Shown in pieces: positions 57,170-64,000 of a stretch of 64,000 nt of DNA. Below the pieces are notes generated by a model. That model was not told where the DNA came from, ran no database searches, and saw only the letters and a list, made by a program, of their open reading frames with translations. The DNA is from Myxococcota bacterium (GTDB taxonomy: Bacteria > Myxococcota_A > Bradymonadia > UBA7976 > UBA1532). The first letter of the stretch is position 1, and every line of letters starts with the position of its first letter. The stretch spans positions 1-64,000 of the forward strand of contig JAYZEG010000030.1 in the NCBI GenBank assembly GCA_036337435.1. Direction: 5' to 3'. Position numbers and translations under genes: made by a program.

Positions 57170-59191
57170 GTGCGCTTTAATCGGACCAGCACAGTGACGC
57201 TACATCGAAACTATACGATTGCGGCTTTTGTCGTTGGCCTCGGTTCACTTCTTTCATGGTCTATACAGCCCCTGGCGGCCAGAGCTCTCCTTCCAATTTT
57301 TGGCGGTTCAAATGCGGTTTGGACCAGCAGCCTTATCTTTTTTCAATTGGCCTTACTCATAGGGTATCTCTTGAGCCACTGGGTTGCGAGCCGTTCAAAA
57401 TCAGCCTTCATCTGTTATCTGGTGCTTATGGCAACAGCCACTGTGCAGCTGCCTGTTGATTTTTTTGACGTATCAGTCGGCAACCACCCTGTTGGAGATG
57501 TGTGGCTTTCCCTCTGTGTCTGCATCGGTCTGCCAAGCTTAATTCTTTACGCGTGCTCACCCTTGGTTCAATGGGTTCTCGGCGACTCAAAGGGTCAGAC
57601 AACATTTACTCTATTTGCTTGGTCAAACGGTGGGTCACTTCTTGGTCTGCTGAGCTACCCATTTTTGATAGAACCGAATCTGACCGTTTCGACTCAGTTC
57701 GTCTTGTGGAGCGTCCTTTTCGGGATATTCTGTCTCGCATTGGCAACGATTGTCATTTCACATCGTCTCTCGGGTAATGAATCAAAAACTGAACGGCATC
57801 AACTCAAAATTCGCTGGCTGTGGTTCTGTCCGTCCGCGCTGGGAGTCGCACTTTTAGTCAGTATCAGTGAAGCCATCAGCGTTGATCTTACGGTCACACC
57901 AATCCTCTGGATCCTACCCCTGGCTGTGTATTTGGTAACCTTTATAGTCACCTTCGGCTTTCCTCGCTTGTGGATGGGTCAGAGAGTCTGGTTTCTCGGC
58001 GTATTGGTCCTTACCCTATTTATTTATCTCCGACTTGAATCCTGGTCTGTGCACTGGTCGATGCAACTGGCAGGTTGGTGCACTATATTGGGCGTGGGTT
58101 GTTTGTGCTTACACGCGGAACTGGTGAAACGCCAGCCTGCAACCCAGCAACTGACCAATTACTATGTATCCATTGCAGCGGGGGGGGTCATCGGCGGCCT
58201 CATAGTCGGCTCTATCTTACCGGCGTTCATCAATCTCCGTCTTGAAGTCGACTTCACGATTATGGCAACGGTGGGCTATCTTTGGCATGCGTCCAGAAAA
58301 CGATCAGAAGGCCAAATGTCTTTCGCCAGCCTATATCCAAGCACGGTCATCGGGCTGACGTCGCTGGTCTGTTTGGGGTCAGTTCTCACCTATCGAGTCT
58401 TAAAAGAACTCAGTGGAGAGACACACGTCTATAGAAACGCGTATGGCACGCTCAAAATAAAAAGGTATCCAGTGCCCCGCAAGAAGGGTGGATTGATTCA
58501 TCTTCTCGATGGAAGAATCAGTCATGGCTTTCAATATTTAGGGGATACACATCGTCGAGAACCGACAGCTTACTTTACCGAGGAGTCAGGGATCGGTCGA
58601 ATCCTTAATCAGCGGACAAAAGCTCGAAAAGTTGGGGTTTTAGGCCTGGGTGTTGGCACCTTATCAGCCTATTCTCGTCCTGGCGACAGCTATACTTTCT
58701 TTGAACTCAATCCGCTCGTTGTCGACATTGCGAAAACCCATTTCAGCTATTTGAAGGAGGCGAGGGGTATCGTGAAAATCGTCGTCGGCGACGGACGAAA
58801 AAGTCTCGAAAGAATGTCCAAAGGGGCGTTTGATCTCCTGATTATTGATGCGTTTACCGGCGATGCAATTCCCGCTCATCTGCTGACCGAGGAAGCATTT
58901 TCAATTTATGCGCACCGACTGCGTAGCGACGGCCTGCTTGCCATCAACGTGTCAAACCGTCATGCAAACTTGAGACGAGTTGTAGAAAGCCACTGCCATA
59001 AGCACAACTTGCCCTTCTCTTGGATTCGACATCGAGCACGTTCACCCTTAGGGGTTTATGTCAGCGAATGGGCTTTTGTGGCCAAAGACCTCAATGGCCT
59101 CCAACAACACAAATTGCCCGCTCTCGAAACGACTGAATCGAACGTGACCTGGCGAGATGATTTCGCCCCCGTACTTCCAATTTTGAAGTGA
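57170..59191 (+). CDS. Fused multi-pass membrane / spermidine-synthase-like SAM-dependent domain protein
   Basis: LLP.FGGSNAVW....FFQ..LL.GY, ~12 TM segments, then HG.Q, PTAY, LGLGVGTL, FELNP.V, GDGR, IDAFTGDAIP.HLLT.EA, W.DD. Confidence 0.85.
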   Translation: MRFNRTSTVTLHRNYTIAAFVVGLGSLLSWSIQPLAARALLPIFGGSNAVWTSSLIFFQLALLIGYLLSHWVASRSKSAFICYLVLMATATVQLPVDFFDVSVGNHPVGDVWLSLCVCIGLPSLILYACSPLVQWVLGDSKGQTTFTLFAWSNGGSLLGLLSYPFLIEPNLTVSTQFVLWSVLFGIFCLALATIVISHRLSGNESKTERHQLKIRWLWFCPSALGVALLVSISEAISVDLTVTPILWILPLAVYLVTFIVTFGFPRLWMGQRVWFLGVLVLTLFIYLRLESWSVHWSMQLAGWCTILGVGCLCLHAELVKRQPATQQLTNYYVSIAAGGVIGGLIVGSILPAFINLRLEVDFTIMATVGYLWHASRKRSEGQMSFASLYPSTVIGLTSLVCLGSVLTYRVLKELSGETHVYRNAYGTLKIKRYPVPRKKGGLIHLLDGRISHGFQYLGDTHRREPTAYFTEESGIGRILNQRTKARKVGVLGLGVGTLSAYSRPGDSYTFFELNPLVVDIAKTHFSYLKEARGIVKIVVGDGRKSLERMSKGAFDLLIIDAFTGDAIPAHLLTEEAFSIYAHRLRSDGLLAINVSNRHANLRRVVESHCHKHNLPFSWIRHRARSPLGVYVSEWAFVAKDLNGLQQHKLPALETTESNVTWRDDFAPVLPILK

Positions 59192-59212
59192 GACTTGAAG
59201 GATGGAGCCCAC

Positions 59213-59255
59213 AAAAAAGTAAACCGCCAAGGTGGACCGGCCACCTTGGCGGTTT
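59213..59255 (-). terminator. Intrinsic terminator between convergent genes (15-bp perfect stem)
   Basis: AAACCGCCAAGGTGG-ACCGG-CCACCTTGGCGGTTT; followed by ACTTTTTT on the minus strand. Confidence 0.85.
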
Positions 59256-59366
59256 GTAAGGGCTGACACCGATTTCTTTGGCCTTTGAAATCGATGTCAA
59301 ATTTGGCAACACTGACGACCCAAGGGCCGGATTTCAGATCATCATGCTGCCTTTTAAGGAAGCTGT

Positions 59367-60812
59367 TTAACCTCCGATAAGTGACAGTGCAATGTTCGGT
59401 TGCTGGTTGGCCTGCGACAAGACGGAAACGCCTGCCTGCTGGACAATCTTCAACTTCGAGAACTCTGCTGACTCTTTAGCAAAATCCGCATCTTGGATTC
59501 TGCTTCGAGATGCCGTCAGGTTCTCCGTGCTCACCTCAAGGTTACGCACAGTCGAAGCCAACCTATTTTGTACCGCACCCAATGAAGCGCGACTTGCAGA
59601 GACTTGACCAATTGCTTTGTCAAGAATGGAGAGGGCCCGGTTGGCACCTTCTCTATCCGTGACATCCAGCGTCTGCACCGTATTGGCATCGTTCACACCG
59701 AAGAGAGTCGCTCCTGCACCACCGACGTCACCAAGCTTTGTTATAGCGGCGCCGCCGAGGTCGAATTGTTGCTCAGACTCCAATGTGAGCCGACCACCAG
59801 TCACTGTGGTTCCAGCCCCAGCAGTAATGCCCAATCGAGTGGCATTACCCAAGACCGTGATTTCGACATTTCTGCCGTCATCAGCAGTCAGGACAAGACG
59901 GTGATTGTCATCCAGAGACGCAACAACGCCCGTTTCGTCAGTGATCGAGTTAATCTGGTTGACCAGTTTGTCATTGGCATCATTGTCTTCAACCCGAAAC
60001 CCGGTGAGCGTTACACCGTTAATGGTCACGTTATTGGTCGAATCCAAGGTTACCGCCTGGATATCACCAGTTGACTCAACAATCGTCGAATCGACCAAGG
60101 CTGTAACACCGGTAAATTCGCTAGAATCATTGATTGCTGCTGCTTTAGCAATCGCCGACGAGTCGTTCAATGTTGTCGAAAGCGAATCATCTGCGGCAAC
60201 AGTAGACCGGATCGTGACACCACGAATGGTGACGTCTCCATCACTGAGATTCTGTCCAGCAGCCACCGCAATGTCAGCCGAACTAGAATATCGAGCCTGT
60301 CGCCCAAGACTATTTGCTCTCGCATCCTTTACACTGATGGTTAGATTTTCATGGGCGTTCGCTCCGATGTGGAACTTCGCACCCGTGAATGAACCATCAA
60401 GGATGTTCTGGTTGTTAAATGTCGTCCTCTCTGCGATTCGGTTCAGTTCGGAGATCAACGCATCAACCTCTTCCTGAATCGAACCTCTGTCAGCTTCTGT
60501 ATTTGTATCATTCGCCGATTGAACGGACAGCTCTCTCATCCGCTGCAAGATCGAAGTTGTCTCTTGCAAAGCCCCTTCAGCGGTCTGAGCCAACGACATA
60601 CCGTCATTGGTATTGCGAATCGCTTGAGTAAGACCACGTACTTGCGTAGTCATTCTCTCACTAATCGCCAGACCAGCTGCATCGTCCTTGGCACTGTTAA
60701 TACGCATGCCGCTAGACAGGCGTTGAAACGATGTACCAAGAGACCGAGTGGACCGGTTTAAGTTACGCATAGCGTTCTGTGACGAAGAATTCGAATTAAC
60801 GAAAAGACCCAT
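59367..60812 (-). CDS. fliC: Flagellin
   Basis: RLSSGMRINSAKDDAAGLAIS, AQTAEGAL, LQRMRELSVQ, RASLGAVQNRL, SRIQDADFAKE, LSQANQ.P..ALSL. Confidence 0.97.
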   Translation of the reverse strand: MGLFVNSNSSSQNAMRNLNRSTRSLGTSFQRLSSGMRINSAKDDAAGLAISERMTTQVRGLTQAIRNTNDGMSLAQTAEGALQETTSILQRMRELSVQSANDTNTEADRGSIQEEVDALISELNRIAERTTFNNQNILDGSFTGAKFHIGANAHENLTISVKDARANSLGRQARYSSSADIAVAAGQNLSDGDVTIRGVTIRSTVAADDSLSTTLNDSSAIAKAAAINDSSEFTGVTALVDSTIVESTGDIQAVTLDSTNNVTINGVTLTGFRVEDNDANDKLVNQINSITDETGVVASLDDNHRLVLTADDGRNVEITVLGNATRLGITAGAGTTVTGGRLTLESEQQFDLGGAAITKLGDVGGAGATLFGVNDANTVQTLDVTDREGANRALSILDKAIGQVSASRASLGAVQNRLASTVRNLEVSTENLTASRSRIQDADFAKESAEFSKLKIVQQAGVSVLSQANQQPNIALSLIGG

Positions 60813-60970
60813 AATATTCGCTCCATGAATCTAAAGGCGAGTTAGCGACCTTGCCGACTCCAAACAGGGACCCTCTTCCCTGCTCAATCTCTGTGCGCAG
60901 ACCCATCTGTGCGCTCATTTAGAGATGCCATGTTGTTTGGGTTGTGAAGGATGGCCAAACCGTCCTCCAC
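60813..60970 (-). promoter_or_regulatory. Structured flagellin 5' leader with a CsrA-type ANGGA hairpin over the RBS
   Basis: ATTC-ATGGAGC-GAAT just upstream of the ATG, preceded by four more short hairpins. Confidence 0.5.
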
Positions 60971-61501
60971 GAGTTTTAAATTTCGTTTGTTTTTTTGAGC
61001 AGCGCAGACGGATCTCAAAAGACCAGTACCCCTACCGTCTAATGAATGTCTGCTAGGCAACCTCCTTTCATTTGGCGAGAACGTGCCCCTGCTCGCGTGT
61101 CCGTCGATAAAACCCAGTCAACAACCCACGATTGCGGGCTCCGGCCCGAATTGTGGCGCATGGTCGTGGAGTTAGGCTTGTCTAATAGTTTCATCGAGCC
61201 ACGTTCGTTATTAAGTTTATCCACTTACGACATCGTAATTTTCCATAAAACCTTAAGATATTTATTTTGATACAAGCATCACGATTAACAAAAATAACCC
61301 ATTAAAATCATATATTTACAGTATTCGTAAACGGATTATCATTGCGTATTTTTCAAAAATTAGCCGGATATCATGTTCCATAAGGTCGAATGAGAAGCAG
61401 GTCTCATGGAGTTATTTTTCCAAAGACCTCAGCAGAATTTTTTGGAGGGTTGCCATAGGCCTACTCAACAGACAACGGGGGTCGGATCGGCTCAAGCCTG
61501 C

Positions 61502-62995
61502 TCACTGCTGTCGCCCCTTGAGCATCTCATCGAGCAATTGGCTCAAATTAGACTGATTCAAAGTCTTCAGTCTATCGGACCACAACCTGAGGGTTTCAGG
61601 TGTCACGCCCGGTTCGAGGACAGACGTGCGAAAAGCACGACCCAGGTCCCCAGGTAAGCTCTGAGATTCGATGCGGACCAAATTCCGAAACAAAATCTGG
61701 CCCCCGGGTTTCAGCTTCCAAGCGAGTCGATAGGCTTTATGGGCATCACCTATCCTTTGTTTATCTGCCAAAGCTGTACCCAACTCCACAAGGGCATGAG
61801 CTTGAATGGGCGGCATGTCAACCTCCGCTGACCAGAGCGTAATCTCATCTTGCCACTCTTGACTCCGCACCTTCGATAGGGCTCCAAGAGCCAATAGGAC
61901 AAGGAAGACCGCGACGACAACCCATGACGTATATGGACTGTCTGCCCGATAGAGCGCGTCAACGACGGCGGCGATCGAAGCCGCAATTCCGAGTATGGGC
62001 AAGTACAGATATCTGTCTGCCGCCAAAGTGCCAAAGGGAATAAAATGCAACACGGGCCCGATGAAGACGAAAAACCACAGAAAACCAATCACCACAATAG
62101 AACGAGGCCTTCGTAGACAAGTCCAAAAGCCGAGTGCAACGACCAAGCTGCAAGTGACCCATGTCTCCAAACCCCAGGTGTGCACGTCCAAATACGTGTA
62201 AAGGCACCGAGGCCCCTCGACCAAAAACAGCTGCTTCACATAAAAGGCAATCAAGTTAAATGCCAGTGCGAGATTGAGCGGCGTTCCCGATTCAGGACCG
62301 CCCTGAATCGGGCTCCAACTAAATCTAAACACGAGCAAAACGACGGTCAATGCGGTCAAAAACCAGAGGATTGTTTTTGAACGGCCGGTTCCCATCAGCC
62401 ATAGAAACGGCAGGACGACCACAGCTGTTTCTTTCGAGAAGAAACCGAAGGTGAGGCTCAGGCCAGCGTATAAACACCAGCTTATCGACGGGTCCGAGCG
62501 ACATTTTTGGACGCACAAACATGTGGACAGCACAAAAATTGACGCCAATAGTTCGGGACGACAGGATACGAAAGACAATGCCTCCACCTGCATTGGATGG
62601 CAGGTATAAATAGCCAGGGCGATGAAAATCGATAGGTTCGACAAGTTCCACTGTCGGAGAAGCATGGCCGCGAGGGCCAAAACCAAGAGATGTAAACCCA
62701 ATTGGATGGCGTGAAAGGCTGCGGGGGCATAACCAAAAGCTGCGACTGTAAGGTAATTGAGCAGCGTAGGGACAGGTCGGAGGTACCCGCTCTGAGTGGA
62801 ATGACCTTGTCCAAAGAAGTCGCCCCAAGCGAGCGTCCAAGCACGAGAAAAGTTCGATAGATTCTGGTTTCGCTCGATTAGGAAGACATCATCCCAAACG
62901 AATTGAGCCTGAATTGTATGGCCATAAATGACAGCGACAATGACGGCTAACATCGCGATGATGTATCCCGTCTTGAGTTTTTCCATCGCTCTCAA
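61502..62995 (-). CDS. TMTC-like GT-C fold membrane glycosyltransferase with C-terminal TPR
   Basis: FVWDD, YLRPV, HPMQVEAL, SKET, ADRYLYLP, WQDEITLW, followed by a TPR helix pair. Confidence 0.82.
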   Translation of the reverse strand: MRAMEKLKTGYIIAMLAVIVAVIYGHTIQAQFVWDDVFLIERNQNLSNFSRAWTLAWGDFFGQGHSTQSGYLRPVPTLLNYLTVAAFGYAPAAFHAIQLGLHLLVLALAAMLLRQWNLSNLSIFIALAIYTCHPMQVEALSFVSCRPELLASIFVLSTCLCVQKCRSDPSISWCLYAGLSLTFGFFSKETAVVVLPFLWLMGTGRSKTILWFLTALTVVLLVFRFSWSPIQGGPESGTPLNLALAFNLIAFYVKQLFLVEGPRCLYTYLDVHTWGLETWVTCSLVVALGFWTCLRRPRSIVVIGFLWFFVFIGPVLHFIPFGTLAADRYLYLPILGIAASIAAVVDALYRADSPYTSWVVVAVFLVLLALGALSKVRSQEWQDEITLWSAEVDMPPIQAHALVELGTALADKQRIGDAHKAYRLAWKLKPGGQILFRNLVRIESQSLPGDLGRAFRTSVLEPGVTPETLRLWSDRLKTLNQSNLSQLLDEMLKGRQQ

Positions 62996-63067
62996 TTAAG
63001 TCTCCCTCAGTATGGCATCCGACCAAGAGTCAAAGAATTCAGTCAACACGAGGCAGGTCCATCAAAA

Positions 63068-63943
63068 TCAGGTCATTCTGGCCATCAATGGATCATGTCG
63101 AATCAGTGATTCACTTAATTGCCAGAGCTGCTCGGCCTGTTTCGAGTCCAGAGCTTTGCCTGATGGTTTGACGACTTTTCGGTTCCGAAAGTACTGACCA
63201 GAAATCTGAGCTACATCGGGATTTGTTGCAAGATGTATCGACGTGCGGGCACCTCGTTGTGGTGAAACAAGGAACGCCCCAGCCATTCGTGTCAGAAGGG
63301 CAAAAGCATCTTTTTGACTGACAGCAAACCCAGACCGAACCATACCGGGATGCAAACAATTGACAGTCACTTGATCGTCAACCAGCCGACTGGCTAGGTG
63401 GCGCGTGAATTGAATATTCATGAGTTTGCTCGCGCAATATGCCCCCATAGGAGAATAACGCCGACGCTCGTAGTTAACATCGTCTAAATCAATGGAACCA
63501 AGTCTGTGGCCAAACGAGGATACGTTCACAATTCGACCACTGCGAGCCGCTTTTAAGCAGCTCAACAACCCCCGACACATGAGAAAATAAGCCATATGAT
63601 TGACGGCGAAGGTCTGCTCAAGACCGTCTCTCGTTTCGCGTTTTTCGGCCAGGTACACACCGGCGTTATTGACCAAGACGTCGATCTGTTCATAGGCATT
63701 TCGCAATTGCCCGCACAGAGTCTGAATCTCTTCTTGGCTACTGAGATCGCAGCGGAAAAGCGAAATCGCGGCGTCTGGCTTGACGGTCTTGATTCGGTCG
63801 ATCGCCTCGAGCCCTTTCGGTTTGCTCCTGCAAACTAAGACCAATTCAGCACCCATTTCCGCCAGAGCGCATGCCGTGGACCAACCAATGCCCGAATTGG
63901 CACCGGTAACCACCACTCTTTTTCCGGACATCGACCCGCTCAC
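63068..63943 (-). CDS. Short-chain dehydrogenase/reductase (retinol-dehydrogenase-like)
   Basis: VVTGANSGIG, LVNNAG, FAVNH, RIVNVSS, YCASK, LHPG.V. Start 63943 or 63931. Confidence 0.92.
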   Translation of the reverse strand: MSGSMSGKRVVVTGANSGIGWSTACALAEMGAELVLVCRSKPKGLEAIDRIKTVKPDAAISLFRCDLSSQEEIQTLCGQLRNAYEQIDVLVNNAGVYLAEKRETRDGLEQTFAVNHMAYFLMCRGLLSCLKAARSGRIVNVSSFGHRLGSIDLDDVNYERRRYSPMGAYCASKLMNIQFTRHLASRLVDDQVTVNCLHPGMVRSGFAVSQKDAFALLTRMAGAFLVSPQRGARTSIHLATNPDVAQISGQYFRNRKVVKPSGKALDSKQAEQLWQLSESLIRHDPLMARMT

Positions 63944-64000
63944 GCCTGCCTTTCCCCCTGACTCATATTCAGCCCATACAATTTAACAGACCAGCACGAC

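Noticed and set aside
61070..61095. Possible sigma54 promoter for fliC (GGCACG...CGC on the minus strand)
   Set aside because: The GG-to-GC spacing is one base short and the TTGC element is missing.
61502..62995. Adjacent glycosyltransferase as the flagellin glycosylation enzyme
   Set aside because: GT-C enzymes act on the periplasmic side with lipid-linked donors, whereas bacterial flagellin is glycosylated in the cytoplasm and bypasses the periplasm; a ~690-bp gap also separates the genes.

Overview
Gene-dense chromosomal window, most plausibly from a marine Myxococcota-like (deltaproteobacterial) bacterium. This is inferred from Cys-rich lipoproteins, PEGA/TPR/Ser-Thr kinase genes, a PP2C-cNMP fusion and Na+-NQR. 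I found no CRISPR array, rRNA, transposase or integrase. Housekeeping blocks are nqrABCDEF-apbE-nqrM, gap-pgk-tpiA-secG-tRNA-Leu(GAG), rplM-rpsI-argC-fxsA, and a menaquinone operon (menF-D-A-C-E, polyprenyl synthase, DAHP synthase, menG) divergent from a GbsR/MarR regulator, with a perfect 22-bp palindrome between them. Four observations stand out. (1) A >1690-aa lipoprotein missed by the ORF track (minus strand, 5077 to beyond base 1) is built from LDL-receptor class A, Kazal and follistatin-N-like Cys modules and lies head-to-head with a lipase-maturation-factor gene. (2) A DHNA-CoA-type thioesterase gene is nested antisense inside a 3' extension of menE, whose stop overlaps a plausible start of the next sense gene. 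(3) A prepilin-anchored protein and an adjacent lipoprotein share the same unassigned ~250-aa C-terminal domain. (4) Several enzymes look catalytically degenerate: a Ser/Thr pseudokinase, a NagZ-like protein and a complementary ArsA/Get3 ATPase pair. All calls come from reading motifs by eye; no database searches were run.
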